Below, in pieces: positions 19,432 through 30,926 of a DNA stretch of 64,000 bases. Each line of letters opens with the position of its first letter. The first letter of the stretch is position 1. The notes under the pieces are model-generated. The model had not been told where the DNA came from. It saw nothing but the letters and a program-made list of their open reading frames with translations, and ran no database searches. The DNA comes from Thermoanaerobaculia bacterium (GTDB taxonomy: Bacteria > Acidobacteriota > Thermoanaerobaculia > UBA5066): positions 64,001-128,000 of the forward strand of contig CAWFJJ010000028.1 in NCBI GenBank assembly GCA_963816185.1, in the 5' to 3' direction. The translations under genes and the position numbers were made by a program.

Positions 19432-20388
19432 ATGCGCGTCGTCGTCGCTCTCGGGGGAAACGCCTTGCTCCGCAGGGGCGAGGCGATGACGGTCGAGCGG
19501 CAGCGCGCGAACGTGCGCCGGGCCGCCGAGGCGCTCGCCCCGGTCGCGCGGGATCATGAGCTCGTCATCTCGCACGGGAACGGCCCGCAGGTGGGTCTTC
19601 TCGCTCTCCAGGCCGAGTCGGGGCTCGACGCCGCGCACTTCCCGCTCGACGTTCTCGGAGCCCAGACGGAGGGAATGATCGGCTACATGATCGAGCAGGA
19701 GCTCGGAAACCTCCTGCCGTTCGAGAAGCCCTTCGCGACGCTCTTGACGATGGTGGAGGTCGATCCCGCCGATCCCGCTTTCGCGAAGCCCGATAAGCCG
19801 ATCGGTCCCGTCTACGCGGAAGAGGACGCGCGACGCCTCGGGAAGGAGCGCGGCTGGTCGGTCGCGCGAGACGGCAACGGGTGGCGTCGCGTCGTCGCAT
19901 CGCCCCTGCCGAAGCGAATCTTCGAGATCCGTCCCGTGAAATGGCTTCTCGAAAAAGGCACGATCGTGATTTGCGGGGGAGGAGGCGGGATCCCGACCAT
20001 CTACGGCGAGCACGGAAAGCTGCAGGGCGTCGAGGCCGTGATCGACAAGGACCGTGCGGCGGCGCTCCTCGCGCAGCAGCTCGAGGCCGACTTCTTCATC
20101 ATGGCGACGGACGTTCCGGCCGTCCTCGTCGGCTGGGGGACGCCGGACGCACGCGCCATACGCCGCGCCTCGCCCGCCGCGCTCTCACGCTTCGACTTCG
20201 CCTCCGGCTCGATGGGGCCGAAGGTGGAGGCGGCCAAGGACTTCGCCGAGCGGACCGGGAGGACCGCCGCCATCGGCGCCCTTGAGGACATCCCGCACAT
20301 CCTCGGCGGCGAGGCAGGCACGCTCGTCTCCAACGACGTCGCCACGATCGAGTGGGCTCCGTCGCAGGAGACGCTCTTCCAGGAATGA
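19432..20388 (+). CDS. arcC: Carbamate kinase
   Basis: [35 protein letters not shown]. Confidence 0.95.
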   Translation: MRVVVALGGNALLRRGEAMTVERQRANVRRAAEALAPVARDHELVISHGNGPQVGLLALQAESGLDAAHFPLDVLGAQTEGMIGYMIEQELGNLLPFEKPFATLLTMVEVDPADPAFAKPDKPIGPVYAEEDARRLGKERGWSVARDGNGWRRVVASPLPKRIFEIRPVKWLLEKGTIVICGGGGGIPTIYGEHGKLQGVEAVIDKDRAAALLAQQLEADFFIMATDVPAVLVGWGTPDARAIRRASPAALSRFDFASGSMGPKVEAAKDFAERTGRTAAIGALEDIPHILGGEAGTLVSNDVATIEWAPSQETLFQE

Positions 20389-20411
20389 CTTCCGAGGTCA
20401 ACGGGCCTCGT

Positions 20412-22760
20412 TCACGCCTGCCAGCGCCAGTCCCTCACCTCGGGCATGTCCTCGCCGGTCCGGCGCACCCATTTGCCGTGATCCTCGCGCTTCGCGACGA
20501 GGCGCTCGCGCACCGCGGCCGCTCTCCCGCGAAGGCCCGGGACACGGTCGATGACGTCCATCGCGAGCCGGAACCGGTCGAGGTCGTTCAGGACGCACAT
20601 GTCGAAGGGCGTCGTCGTCGTACCCTCCTCCTTGTAGCCCCGTACGTGCAGGTTGTCGTGGTTCCGGCGCCGGTACGTGAGTTCGTGGATCAGCGACGGA
20701 TAGCCGTGAAACGCGAAGAGGATCGGGCGGTCCGTCGTGAAGAGGCGGTCGAAGTCAGCGTCGGAGAGACCGTGCGGGTGCTCGGAGGGGGGCTGGAGGC
20801 GCATGAGGTCCACGACGTTCACGAACCGGATGCGCAGGTCGGGCACCTCACGCCTGAGAATCGACACGGCCGCGAGCGCTTCGAGCGTAGGGACGTCGCC
20901 CGCCGCCGCGACGACGACGTCCGGCAGGCCGTCGTGGCTCGCCCATTCCCAGACGCCGATGCCCGCCGCCGCGTGCCGGGCCGCGGCCTCCATGTCCAGC
21001 CACTGGGGCGCGGGCTGCTTGCCGGCGACGACGACGTTGACGTATTGGCGGCTCCGAAGGCAGTGGTCGGTCACGGAGAGGAGCGTGTTCGCGTCGGGCG
21101 GGAGGTAGATGCGGATGACCTCGGCCTTCTTGTTCGCGACGTGGTCGAGGAACCCCGGGTCCTGGTGCGAGAAGCCGTTGTGGTCCTGGCGCCAGACGTG
21201 CGACGACAGCAGGATGTTGAGCGAGGCGATCGGCTTCCGCCACGGAATGCGGTTCGTCGTCTTCAGCCACTTCGCGTGCTGATTGAACATCGAATCCACG
21301 ATGTGGATGAACGCCTCGTAGCAGGAGAAGAAGCCATGGCGGCCGGTGAGGAGGTAGCCCTCGAGCCAGCCCTCGCATTGGTGCTCGGAGAGCATCTCGA
21401 GGACTCGCCCGTCGGGCCCGACGTGGTCGTCGGTCGGCAGGAGCTCTGCGAGCGACAGGCGATCGGTCACGTCGAAGACGGAGTCCCACCGGTTCGACGT
21501 CGTCTCGTCGGGCGAGAAGACCCGGAAGTTGCGCGCGCTCGCGTTTCGCGCGAAGACCTCCTCGAGGAATCGGCCCTGCACGCGCGTCGCCTCCGCGTCG
21601 GACGCGCCCGGCTTCGGGACGTCCACCGCGAACGCGCGGAAGTCGGGGAGCGCGAGATCGACGAGGAGAGCTCCGCCGTTCGCATGCGGATTTGCCCCCA
21701 TCCGCTTTTCTCCCTTCGGCGCGAGCGCGAAGAGCTCCTGCCGGAGGCGGCCTCCCTCGTCGAAGAGGTCTCGGGGCCGATAGCTCCGCATCCAGTCCTC
21801 GAGGAGCCGCAGGTGCTCGGGGTTCTCGCGGACCCTGTCGAGAGGCACCTGGTGCGCCCGCCACGTCCCCTCGACGGGCTTGCCGTCCACGATCTTCGGG
21901 CCCGTCCATCCCTTCGGCGAGGCAAGTACGATCATCGGCCAGCGCGGCCGGCCGGCTTTCCCCGACGCGCGCGCACGCGTCTGGACATCCCGGACGGAGT
22001 CGAGCGCCCGGTCGAGTGTGTCCGCCATGAGCCGGTGCATCGTCCGCGGGTCTGCGCCTTCGACGAAGAGGGGGTCCCAGCCATAGCCGCGCATCAGGTC
22101 CGCGAGCTCGCCGCGGGGGATCCGCGCGAGGACGGTCGGGCCCGCGATCTTGTAGCCGTTCAGGTGGAGGATGGGAAGAACCGCGCCGTCGCGCACGGGG
22201 TTCAGGAACTTGTTCGAGTGCCAGCTCGTCGCGAGAGGGCCCGTCTCCGCCTCGCCGTCGCCGACGACGCAGGCGACGAGGAGCCCGGGGTTGTCGAACG
22301 CGGCGCCGAATGCGTGCGAAAGGGAATATCCCAGCTCGCCGCCTTCGTGGATGGAGCCGGGCGTCTCGGGTGCCACGTGGCTCGGCACGCCACCGGGGAA
22401 CGAGAATTGCCTGAAGAGGCGGCGCATTCCCTCCTCGTCTTGAGAAACGCGCGGGTAGACCTCGCTGTACGTCCCCTCGAGGTACGTATTCGCGACGAGC
22501 CCGGGCCCGCCGTGGCCGGGGCCCGTCACGTAGAGCACCGAGAGGTCGCGCTCGACGATCGCGCGGTTGAGGTGGACGTAGACGAAGTTCAGGCCCGGCG
22601 TCGTGCCCCAGTGTCCGAGGAGCCGCCGCTTGACGTGGTCGAGGGCGAGGGGCGACTTCAGGAGCGGGTTGTCCATGAGATAGATCTGGCCGACGGACAG
22701 GTAGTTCGCGGCGCGCCAGTACGCGTCCATCTTCGAGAGGAGATCTTCAGGCGGGCTCAT
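20412..22760 (-). CDS. xfp: Xylulose-5-P/fructose-6-P phosphoketolase
   Basis: [41 protein letters not shown]. Confidence 0.97.
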   Translation of the reverse strand: MSPPEDLLSKMDAYWRAANYLSVGQIYLMDNPLLKSPLALDHVKRRLLGHWGTTPGLNFVYVHLNRAIVERDLSVLYVTGPGHGGPGLVANTYLEGTYSEVYPRVSQDEEGMRRLFRQFSFPGGVPSHVAPETPGSIHEGGELGYSLSHAFGAAFDNPGLLVACVVGDGEAETGPLATSWHSNKFLNPVRDGAVLPILHLNGYKIAGPTVLARIPRGELADLMRGYGWDPLFVEGADPRTMHRLMADTLDRALDSVRDVQTRARASGKAGRPRWPMIVLASPKGWTGPKIVDGKPVEGTWRAHQVPLDRVRENPEHLRLLEDWMRSYRPRDLFDEGGRLRQELFALAPKGEKRMGANPHANGGALLVDLALPDFRAFAVDVPKPGASDAEATRVQGRFLEEVFARNASARNFRVFSPDETTSNRWDSVFDVTDRLSLAELLPTDDHVGPDGRVLEMLSEHQCEGWLEGYLLTGRHGFFSCYEAFIHIVDSMFNQHAKWLKTTNRIPWRKPIASLNILLSSHVWRQDHNGFSHQDPGFLDHVANKKAEVIRIYLPPDANTLLSVTDHCLRSRQYVNVVVAGKQPAPQWLDMEAAARHAAAGIGVWEWASHDGLPDVVVAAAGDVPTLEALAAVSILRREVPDLRIRFVNVVDLMRLQPPSEHPHGLSDADFDRLFTTDRPILFAFHGYPSLIHELTYRRRNHDNLHVRGYKEEGTTTTPFDMCVLNDLDRFRLAMDVIDRVPGLRGRAAAVRERLVAKREDHGKWVRRTGEDMPEVRDWRWQA

Positions 22761-23860
22761 GAGGCGGGATTCTCCTTGTGAAGCACGGCGAGCGTGTGGC
22801 GTGCGATGACGTCTTCCTCGTCCGTGGGGATGACGAACGTCTTGACGCGCGCCCCCGGCGCGGTGATTCGAATGTCGTTCCGGCGGTTCGCTCCCTCCTC
22901 GAGGGCCACGCCGAGGAAGGAGAGGCCGTCCGCGATTCTCCGTCGCATCTCCGGCTGGTTTTCCCCGATCCCCGCCGTGAAGACGAGGCCGTCCAGACCT
23001 CCGAGGGCGGCTGCCATCGCGGCGGCCTGCTTGACGGCCGTGTAGACGAAAAGGTCGACGGCGAGCCGGGCGGACGGCGTTCCGGCGGCGAGAATCTCGC
23101 GCAGGTCGGCGCTCGTCTCCGAGAGCGCGAGCAGGCCCGACTCCTTCCAGAGAAGGCGTGCGATCCGCTCCCTGTCCCAGCCGCGGTCGAGGAGCCAGAG
23201 GACGACGCCGGCGTCGAGGGAGCCGGGGCGCGTCGACATGACGAGACCGTCGAGCGCCGTGAACGTCATCGTGGAGTCCACGCTTCTCCCGTTCCGGAGG
23301 GCGCAGAGACTCGCGCCGAAGCCGAGGTGGGCGGCGACGACGCGCCCCTTCGCGACTTCGGGATCGATTTCTGAGAGGCGGCTCGCGATGTACTCGTACG
23401 ACAGGCCGTGAAATCCGTAGCGGCGGACGCCGGCCTCGCGGAGCGCCCGCGGCAGGGCCACGATGTCGGCGACGTCCGGGTGGCCGCGGTGGAACGACGT
23501 GTCGAAGCAGGCCACGTGAAGCGCCGACGGATACCGGGTGCGGGCGGTGCGGAAGGCGCCGAGGCTCAGGGGCTGGTGAAGCGGGTCGAGGGCGACGAGT
23601 CCTTCGAGCGCCTCGAGGACGCTCTCGTCGACCGTTGTGGGCCCGACGAAATCCGCGCCGCCGTGGACGATCCGGTGGCCGACGGCGGACGGACTTCCGC
23701 CCTCGAGATGTCGCTCGAGGAGCCTTGCGACGGGGTCGAGGTCATTGCCGTCGACTTTGCCTCTCACGAGAGCGATCAACGTGTCGTCGTCATCGGCCCG
23801 GTACGCGGCGTACTTCAGCGTCGAGGAGCCGGCGTTCAGGACGAGCAGGGAGGCGTCCAC
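22757..23860 (-). CDS. ackA: Acetate/propionate kinase
   Basis: [40 protein letters not shown]. Confidence 0.95.
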   Translation of the reverse strand: MDASLLVLNAGSSTLKYAAYRADDDDTLIALVRGKVDGNDLDPVARLLERHLEGGSPSAVGHRIVHGGADFVGPTTVDESVLEALEGLVALDPLHQPLSLGAFRTARTRYPSALHVACFDTSFHRGHPDVADIVALPRALREAGVRRYGFHGLSYEYIASRLSEIDPEVAKGRVVAAHLGFGASLCALRNGRSVDSTMTFTALDGLVMSTRPGSLDAGVVLWLLDRGWDRERIARLLWKESGLLALSETSADLREILAAGTPSARLAVDLFVYTAVKQAAAMAAALGGLDGLVFTAGIGENQPEMRRRIADGLSFLGVALEEGANRRNDIRITAPGARVKTFVIPTDEEDVIARHTLAVLHKENPAS

Positions 23861-23887
23861 GGCACCGTCACAGTGCGGGACGCGCGG

Positions 23888-25570
23888 TCAGCGCTCCCGC
23901 CCGGCGGGAACGGGCTCGGCGGCCCCGAGAAGCGCCCGGGCCTCTTCGAGCGGCGCGTCGTCCCGGATCGAATCGAGGGGGAAGCGGGCGAAGCGCACGG
24001 CGGCGTGCCGGAAAGGGTGCCCGTCGGGCAGGCGCGAGGCCTCCGCGACGAGGAGCGCGGCCTCGAGGGCGTGGCCCACCGTCAGGGCGAACCGCCGCGC
24101 GCCGGCCTCGAGCACCGTCGTGTCCGGGACGCGGGAGAGCCAGGCCGCGGCATGCCGAACGGCCTCCGAGGCGCTCCGGGCCGCCGAACCGAGCAGTCCC
24201 GCGGCTCCCGCGACGCACCGCGAGACCTCGTGCTCGACGGGAGCGAGGCCTCCGACCTTCGTGAGCGCCCGGAGGAGGTCGAGGGCGAGGACGTTCGTCG
24301 TCCCCTCCCAGAGCGGCAGGACCTGAGCGTCTCTGAGGAGCCGCGGAAGGCCCGTGTCCTCGACGTATCCGGCCCCGCCGAAGGCCTCGAGGGCCTCGCT
24401 CGCGACGACGATGGCCTGCTTTCCCGTCGTCAGCTTTGCGATCGGCGTCAGGATCCGAAGGAGCGCGGCCTCTCCCTCGGAGAGGGCATCGTTCTCCTCC
24501 CGCCCGAGGAGCTCGACGACCCGGAATGTGAGGAGGAACGCCCCGGCGTAGAGCGCCTCGAGATCCGCGAGGGTCTCTCGGTGGAGCGGCTTTTCGGAGA
24601 GCGGCGCTCCGAAGGCGACCCGCTTCGCCGCATAGTCGCGGGCGAGGTCGAGGGCCCTTCTCATCCCGGAAACCGCGGCAACCGCGTTCCACGTCCGCGT
24701 CATGTTCAGCATCGTCGTGATGTTCTTGACGCCGTTCGAGAGACCTTTCACGGGGACCGCCCGGGCCCCGACGACGTCGAGCTCCGCGGTCGGCAGCATC
24801 CGCGTCCCGAGCTTGTCCTTCAGCCGGTGGATGACGAGGCCGTTCGGGTCGCCCGCCTCGTCGCGAGTCTCGAGATAGAAGAGAGCGAGGCCTTTCCCGC
24901 CCGGCGGATTCCCCTCGGGACGGGCCAGCGTCATGGCCATCTCCGCCGTCGTCGCCGACGTGAACCACTTGGTTCCGTAAAGCCGCCAGGTGTCGCCTTC
25001 GAGCCGGGCCACGGTTTCGCTCGCGGCCACGTCGGAGCCCCCGATCCGCTCGGTCATCCACTGGCCCGAGGTCCAGGCGCGGGCGGGATCGCGCGCGGTC
25101 AGGCGCGGCAGCACCCGGGCGGCGAGGTCGGCGTTGCCGGAGACGAAGAGGGTCCTCGCCGCGCCGTCGGTCATCGCGAGCGGGCAGGAGGTGACGCCGG
25201 AAGAGGGTTCGAAGATGTGGACGAGCGCAAACTGGTGGAGGCGTGAGAAGCGGCCGTGCCGCCGTTCGTAGGGAAGGGCGACGAGGCCCTTCTCGGCCGA
25301 GATCCGGAGGGTCTCCTTCCAGAGGCGCGTCAGCTCGATCCGGTCGACTCGGCGTCCCCACGGGTCCCACGAGGTCAGGACGGGGACCGACGCCTCATCC
25401 TCCCGGAGAAGCTGGTGGAGCGGCCCGCCCGAGAGAGCCCCCATCTCCCGGAGAGACGGCTCGATGTCCCGAAAGACCTCGGCCGGGAGGTGGTTCTCGA
25501 GGAAGGTGCGGAGGACGACGTCGCTCTCGTACGTGTTGCCGAGCGCCGGGGGAGCCTGGATGAAGGACAT
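23888..25570 (-). CDS. Acyl-CoA dehydrogenase (AidB/ACAD11-like)
   Basis: [30 protein letters not shown]. Confidence 0.9.
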   Translation of the reverse strand: MSFIQAPPALGNTYESDVVLRTFLENHLPAEVFRDIEPSLREMGALSGGPLHQLLREDEASVPVLTSWDPWGRRVDRIELTRLWKETLRISAEKGLVALPYERRHGRFSRLHQFALVHIFEPSSGVTSCPLAMTDGAARTLFVSGNADLAARVLPRLTARDPARAWTSGQWMTERIGGSDVAASETVARLEGDTWRLYGTKWFTSATTAEMAMTLARPEGNPPGGKGLALFYLETRDEAGDPNGLVIHRLKDKLGTRMLPTAELDVVGARAVPVKGLSNGVKNITTMLNMTRTWNAVAAVSGMRRALDLARDYAAKRVAFGAPLSEKPLHRETLADLEALYAGAFLLTFRVVELLGREENDALSEGEAALLRILTPIAKLTTGKQAIVVASEALEAFGGAGYVEDTGLPRLLRDAQVLPLWEGTTNVLALDLLRALTKVGGLAPVEHEVSRCVAGAAGLLGSAARSASEAVRHAAAWLSRVPDTTVLEAGARRFALTVGHALEAALLVAEASRLPDGHPFRHAAVRFARFPLDSIRDDAPLEEARALLGAAEPVPAGRER

Positions 25571-25711
25571 GGTGCCTCTACGTTATCCCACTTGCCTCGG
25601 CATTCGTGATCCCGGGAGACGCGCTCCCTGTCATTTGCATCAGGGAGTTGCCCTACGGAACGTGGCACGATCAATCTGGCGGGAACCGAGTTCCCGGCAG
25701 CGGGGGCAATT

Positions 25712-26839
25712 GTGTCGAGAGGCTGGCGAGCGCTGTTCCTTGCCTTTCTGACGGCGGGGCTTCTGACGGCCTGCAAAGAGAGAGGCACGCCCGGGGGCGC
25801 CAACAAGAAGGCCGCGCGAAGCCTGGCGGTCCGCACCGCGCCCGTCGTGGCGCGTGACGTCGTCTACAAGGTCCAGGCCCTGGGTTCCCTCGAGCCCGAG
25901 GAGTCGGTGCAGATCACGGCCCAGGTGAATGGCGCCGTCAACGAAGTGCTCTTTCACGCCGGGGACACGGTCACGGCGGACACCGTTCTGGCGAGGATCG
26001 ATCCCGACCGATATCGCCTCGAGGCCGAGCGCGCGGAGGCCACGCACCGCAAGTCCGTCGCGGACTGGAAGCGGGCCGAATCGGACCTCGCGCGGCGAGA
26101 GGCGCTTGCGCGCGAGAACCTTGTGGCCGAGGAGGAGCTGAACCGCGCGCGCAAGGAGACGGAACGCCTGGCAGCCGACGCGGCCTCGGCCAAGGCGTCG
26201 GCGGAGATCGCGGTCCAGAATGTCAAGCATTCCATCGTGCGCTCGCCGCGCGCCGGAGAGCTCAACACGCGCACGGTCGAGCCCGGGCAGTTCGTCCAGG
26301 TCGGGCACGTCCTGGCGACACTCGTCGACCTTCGGCGGTTGCGCCTTCGCTTTCGCGTCTCGGAGTCCGAGTCTCTGAAGACCCGTGAAGGCGGGGCGGT
26401 CGCCTTCACGGTCGCGTCCCTCGGCCCGACCGCGTTCAAGGCCCGGGTCTACCACGTCAGCGGAATCGCCGATCCCGCCACGCGCCAGGTCGAGGTCCTC
26501 GCCTGGGTGGACAACCCCGGCGTGCTCAAGCCGGGATTCTTCGCCGAGGTGGCCCTGTCCACCGCGACGAACAGGAACGCCGTCGTCGTCGCGGAGGGGG
26601 CCGTGCAGGCGACCGAGCGCGGCTTCGTCGTCTACGTCGTGGAGAACGGGATCGCGAAGGAGAGGACGGTGAAGATCGGCATGCGGACCGGGGACGGGTC
26701 CGTCGAAATCCTGTCCGGCCTGACGATCGGCGAGACCATCGTCGTCGAAGGCTCGGATCGTCTCGCTGACGGCATGCCGGTGGAGGCCGTGGCGGAAGCC
26801 GGAGAGCAGCCGTCTCCCTCGAAGGAGGCGGCACGGTGA
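25712..26839 (+). CDS. RND efflux membrane-fusion lipoprotein
   Basis: LLTAC lipobox, coiled hairpin, LKPGFF, EILSGL..GE.IV. Confidence 0.9.
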   Translation: MSRGWRALFLAFLTAGLLTACKERGTPGGANKKAARSLAVRTAPVVARDVVYKVQALGSLEPEESVQITAQVNGAVNEVLFHAGDTVTADTVLARIDPDRYRLEAERAEATHRKSVADWKRAESDLARREALARENLVAEEELNRARKETERLAADAASAKASAEIAVQNVKHSIVRSPRAGELNTRTVEPGQFVQVGHVLATLVDLRRLRLRFRVSESESLKTREGGAVAFTVASLGPTAFKARVYHVSGIADPATRQVEVLAWVDNPGVLKPGFFAEVALSTATNRNAVVVAEGAVQATERGFVVYVVENGIAKERTVKIGMRTGDGSVEILSGLTIGETIVVEGSDRLADGMPVEAVAEAGEQPSPSKEAAR

Positions 26840-29800
26840 AGGCCCCGGGGAACGGCTCGGAGGCTCGGGAGGACCCCGCCGCCATCGCGACCGGGATGAC
26901 CCTGGCCGACATTTCCATCCGCAACCACGTCTTCGCGTGGATCCTCATGGTGGCGCTGATCGGATTCGGCGTCCTCTGCTACACGGGCTTCGGAAGCGTC
27001 TTCCGCGGACTGGGCGTCAGCCAGAACCCTGACGTCGACTTTCCGATCGTGACGGTCTCGATCACCTGGGAGGGAGCGTCGCCCGAGATCATGGAGACGG
27101 ACGTCGTCGACGTGCTCGAGGACGCCTGCTCGACCGTCGAGGGGGTCCAGCAGATGTCGTCGACGGCCCGCCAGGGTGGGGCGAGCCTCACGCTCGAGTT
27201 CGACCTCGGGCGGAACATCGACGCCGCGCTCCAGGACGTCCAGACGAAGGTTTCGGAGGCCGCCCGCCACCTCCCCCGCGAGATCGATCCGCCGACAATC
27301 TCCAAGACGAATCCCGAGGACCAGCCGATCATCCGGCTCGCCCTGTTCGGCGACCGGCCGCCGACGTTTCTCGCCGACTACGTCAGGAACGTCGTCCGGC
27401 CGCAGCTCCAGATGATCCCGGGGATCGGCGAGATCCACGTCTTCGGATTCCGCGACCGGAACGTCCGCGTCTGGTACGACGCCTCGCGCCTCGAGGCGCA
27501 GGGCCTCACCGTGCTCGACGTCAACCGCGCGATCCTGCGCGAGCACCAGGAGGTCCCGGCCGGTCGCATCGAGGGCAAGGAGCGTGAGATGAACGTCCGC
27601 GCTCAGGGCGAGGCGATCGACCTCTCGTCGTTCGGCAACCTCGTCGTGACGTACGTGAACGGCGCCCCGGTGCGCCTGAAGGACGTCGCGGTGGTCGAGG
27701 ACGGCCTCGAGGACCGCCGGCGGCTCAACCGCGCGATGGGCGAGTCGTCGATCGGCTTCGGCATCACGAAGATGCGGGGCGCCAACGCCGTCCAGGTCGG
27801 CCGGGACGTCAAAGAGAAGATCGAGTCCATGCGGTCCCAGCTGCCGCAGGGCCTGCGGCTCGAGGTCAACTGGGACACCACCGTCTTCATCGAGCGCTCG
27901 ATCAACGAGATCCTCCTCACGCTCGTCCTGGCGGCGCTCCTGACGGGCCTCGTCTGCTGGCTCTTCCTCGGGTCGTGGTCGACGACCGTCAACGTCCTCC
28001 TCGCGATCCCGACCTCGATCCTGGGGACCTTCATCGTCATCTACGTCTTCGGCTTCACCCTGAACACCTACACCGTGCTCGGCCTGACTCTCGTCGTCGG
28101 CATCGTCGTGGACGACGCGATCATGGTGCTCGAGAACATCTACCGGCACCGCGAGATGGGAGAAGGGAAGGTCAGGGCCGCGTCGTCCGGCGCGCGCGAG
28201 ATCACGTTCGCGGCGGCGGCCACGACGCTCGCCATCGTCTCGATCTTCCTCCCAGTCGCCTTCATGAAGGGGATCATCGGGAAATTCTTCTTCCAGTTCG
28301 GCGTCACGATCTCGGTCGCCGTCGTCCTCTCCCTGCTCGAGGCGCTCACCCTCGCACCGATGCGCTGCTCGCGGTTCCTCCAGGTCGAGCATCGGGGCCG
28401 CCTCGGCCTGACGATGGACAGTCTCTTCCGGAGGCTCTCCGCGCTCTACCTGCGATCGCTCGGCCCGGCCCTGCGCCACCGGACCTGGCTGCTGCTGGGC
28501 AGCCTCGCCTTCTTTCTCCTGTCGCTCGTCTCGGTCGGCTTCCTGCGCCAGGAGTTCATCCCGAGCCAGGACATGAGCCGCTTCACGATCCGGTTCCAGA
28601 CGCCGGTCGGGACGAGTCTCGACGCGACCGACCGTTACTTCCGGCAGATCGAGTCGTTCCTGATGTCGCGCCCCGAGGTCACGCTCTTCGCCGGAAGCGT
28701 CGGCGGCACCGACGTCAATTTCGGGCAGGCCTACGTCAACATGAAGGCTCCGCGCGAGAGGCCCGTCGACGAAAAGCTCGGGCGGCGGCTGACCCAGCTC
28801 GAGTTCATGGACGTCGTCCGCCGGCATGTCGCCACGATCCCCGGCGGCCGGATCGTGCTCCAGGACATCTCGCAGACCGGATTCAGCGCCTCGCGCGGTG
28901 GAGGCTTTCCGGTCGAGTTCAACGTGCGGGGCCGCGACTGGAACGTGCTTGCGGCCTCCGCCCGAAAGATCGCCGAAGAGATGCGGCAATCGGGCCTTAT
29001 CACCGATGTCGATACCGACTATCAGGTGGGAATGCCCGAGGCCCAGGTCGTGCCCGACCGCGACCGCGCCGCCGATCTCGGTGTGAGCATGGCGTCCATC
29101 GGCGAGACCGTGAACGCCGCAATCGGCGGCGTCCGCGTCGCGAAGTTCAAGGACAAGGGGCGGCGCTTCGACATCCGCGGCCGGCTGCTGCAGGACCAGC
29201 GTCAGCGCCCCGAGGACATCGGACGCCTGCTCGTGAGGACGACGAGCGGCGAGGTCGTCCGGCTCGGCCAGCTGATCCGGATCGCGCAGGAGCCGACTTT
29301 GCAGGCCATCACGCGCCGCGACCGCGAGCGCGCGATCTCGATCTACGCGAACGTCGCGACCGGGGCGTCGCAGGCCGTGGCCGTCGAGCGTTCATTGGCC
29401 ATCGCGCGCTCGATACTCCCAGACGGTTACCGTGCCGTGCCGGCGGGGAGCACGAAGGCCTTTCGGGAGTCGTTCGATTCGCTGTGGTTCGCCTTCGCGC
29501 TCGGCATTCTGATCGCCTACATGGTCCTGGCTTCGCAGTTCAACTCCTTCTGGCACCCCCTCATCGTGCTGCTCGCGTTACCCTTCTCCATTAGCGGAGC
29601 GCTCTTCGCGCTGTGGCTCGGAGGCCAGAGCCTGAACGTCTACAGCCTGCTCGGGTTGATCCTGTTGGTCGGCATCGCGAAGAAGAACTCGATCATGCTG
29701 GTCGACTTCACGAACCAGGTTCGCCGCCGGGGCGTTCCGTGCCGGGACGCCCTGCTAGAGGCCTGCCCGATCCGGCTGCGCCCGATCCTCATGACGTCGA

Positions 29801-30003
29801 TCGCCATGATCGTCGGCGCTCTCCCGCCGGCGCTGGCCATCGGCGCCGGTGCAGAGCTTCAGCGGCCCATGGCTCTCGCGCTCGTCGGCGGCATGGCCCT
29901 TTCGACGCTGCTCACTCTTTATGTCGTGCCGGCCGCCTACAGCGCGGTGAACGACGCGTTGGAGTGGAAAGGGGTGCGGGGCTTCGCTGACAGCCGACCG
30001 TAA
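26836..30003 (+). CDS. RND efflux permease (AcrB/MdtBC family); alternative start 26896
   Basis: PDVDFP, GIVVDDAIMVLEN, GIAKKNSI, RLRPILMTS. Confidence 0.95.
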   Translation: MKAPGNGSEAREDPAAIATGMTLADISIRNHVFAWILMVALIGFGVLCYTGFGSVFRGLGVSQNPDVDFPIVTVSITWEGASPEIMETDVVDVLEDACSTVEGVQQMSSTARQGGASLTLEFDLGRNIDAALQDVQTKVSEAARHLPREIDPPTISKTNPEDQPIIRLALFGDRPPTFLADYVRNVVRPQLQMIPGIGEIHVFGFRDRNVRVWYDASRLEAQGLTVLDVNRAILREHQEVPAGRIEGKEREMNVRAQGEAIDLSSFGNLVVTYVNGAPVRLKDVAVVEDGLEDRRRLNRAMGESSIGFGITKMRGANAVQVGRDVKEKIESMRSQLPQGLRLEVNWDTTVFIERSINEILLTLVLAALLTGLVCWLFLGSWSTTVNVLLAIPTSILGTFIVIYVFGFTLNTYTVLGLTLVVGIVVDDAIMVLENIYRHREMGEGKVRAASSGAREITFAAAATTLAIVSIFLPVAFMKGIIGKFFFQFGVTISVAVVLSLLEALTLAPMRCSRFLQVEHRGRLGLTMDSLFRRLSALYLRSLGPALRHRTWLLLGSLAFFLLSLVSVGFLRQEFIPSQDMSRFTIRFQTPVGTSLDATDRYFRQIESFLMSRPEVTLFAGSVGGTDVNFGQAYVNMKAPRERPVDEKLGRRLTQLEFMDVVRRHVATIPGGRIVLQDISQTGFSASRGGGFPVEFNVRGRDWNVLAASARKIAEEMRQSGLITDVDTDYQVGMPEAQVVPDRDRAADLGVSMASIGETVNAAIGGVRVAKFKDKGRRFDIRGRLLQDQRQRPEDIGRLLVRTTSGEVVRLGQLIRIAQEPTLQAITRRDRERAISIYANVATGASQAVAVERSLAIARSILPDGYRAVPAGSTKAFRESFDSLWFAFALGILIAYMVLASQFNSFWHPLIVLLALPFSISGALFALWLGGQSLNVYSLLGLILLVGIAKKNSIMLVDFTNQVRRRGVPCRDALLEACPIRLRPILMTSIAMIVGALPPALAIGAGAELQRPMALALVGGMALSTLLTLYVVPAAYSAVNDALEWKGVRGFADSRP

Positions 30004-30055
30004 CCCCTTCCGAGCGAGGACCCCTGCGCCGTACGAGCCTGCCGTTTGAGCTCGC

Positions 30056-30105
30056 TTGACACGGGCGTGGGCGCGGCCTAGGCTACTGAGTGATGGCTCA
30101 TTCAG
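30056..30105 (+). promoter_or_regulatory. Sigma70 promoter TTGACA-N17-TAGGCT plus operator palindrome CTGAGTGA-TGGC-TCATTCAG
   Basis: -35 at 30056, -10 at 30079; palindrome 30086-30105 covers the start codon. Confidence 0.75.
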
Positions 30106-30926
30106 CGGGTCGCGACGGGCTTCCCGAGTCGGCTCTCGCGGCGTCGGACGAGGAACGCGCTCCCGTCGGTGCAGACCCCGAAAAGCGCCGGCGCATTCTC
30201 GAGGCCGCCGTGCGGACGTTCGGCCGGCGCGGGTTCCACGAGGCCCGTATCGCCGAGATCGCGGCCGCGGCAAAGGTGGCCGAGGGCACCGTCTACCTCT
30301 ATTTCCGCAACAAGGAAGATCTCCTGGGCGTCGTGTTCGACGAGTCGATGGACGGGGTTCTCGAGAAGGGCCGCGCGCTGGCTCGGTCGAAGGCGCCCGC
30401 CGGCGAGCGGCTCACGGCGCTCGTGGACCTCCATCTCCAGTTCATCGGCTCGGACCGCGACCTTGCGTCGGTCTTCCAGATCGAGCTCAGGCGTAGCGCC
30501 CGGCTCGTCGAGCGCTTTTCGCGGAGCAAGCTCGTCGAGTATTTCCGCCTCCTCGGCAGCGTCCTGCGTGACGGCATCGCGCGCGGGGAGTTCCGCCGCG
30601 GCCTCGACCCCCGTCTCGCCGTGCGCATTCTCTTCGGCGCCGCCGACGAGATCCTCTCGGAGTGGCTGCTGTCGGGAGACAAGAAGCCGATCGCGGACGC
30701 ACGTCAACTGGTCGGGACGCTTCTCGACGGGTTCGCTGGAGAGGGACAAAGGGAATCTGCTTCGAAAGGGAAGACGGCGGCGGGCGGGCCCCGTACGCGC
30801 CGAGGAACGCAGCAGTTTTCCGCCGCGCGCCTCCGGAATTCACCCTTCGAAGTACGCGCCGAAGGCGCGAACAACGGTACGAAGCACGGCAAGGTGGCCT
30901 CAATGCGCAGGAGTAAACCCCAGTGA
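30093..30926 (+). CDS. TetR-family fatty-acid regulator (FadR/YsiA-like) with C-terminal extension
   Basis: IAAAAKVAEGTVYLYFRNKEDL, VFQIELR; heads the beta-oxidation operon. Confidence 0.88.
   Translation: MAHSAGRDGLPESALAASDEERAPVGADPEKRRRILEAAVRTFGRRGFHEARIAEIAAAAKVAEGTVYLYFRNKEDLLGVVFDESMDGVLEKGRALARSKAPAGERLTALVDLHLQFIGSDRDLASVFQIELRRSARLVERFSRSKLVEYFRLLGSVLRDGIARGEFRRGLDPRLAVRILFGAADEILSEWLLSGDKKPIADARQLVGTLLDGFAGEGQRESASKGKTAAGGPRTRRGTQQFSAARLRNSPFEVRAEGANNGTKHGKVASMRRSKPQ
30755..30869. repeat. Paired inverted motif locus F
   Basis: ATCTGCTTCGAAAGGGAA (core 30758) ... TTCACCCTTCGAAGTA (core 30846), then CGCGCC-GAA-GGCGCG. Confidence 0.75.

Noticed and set aside
17686-20388. 900-aa ORF suggesting a large carbamate kinase fusion
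   Set aside because: The N-terminal part is an off-frame overlap of fadD; arcC starts at 19432.
25620-25712. Possible riboswitch or sigma54 promoter before the RND operon (TGGCACG; GGGAAC/GTTCCC hairpin)
   Set aside because: The -12 TTGC is missing at the required spacing, and I recognise no riboswitch consensus.
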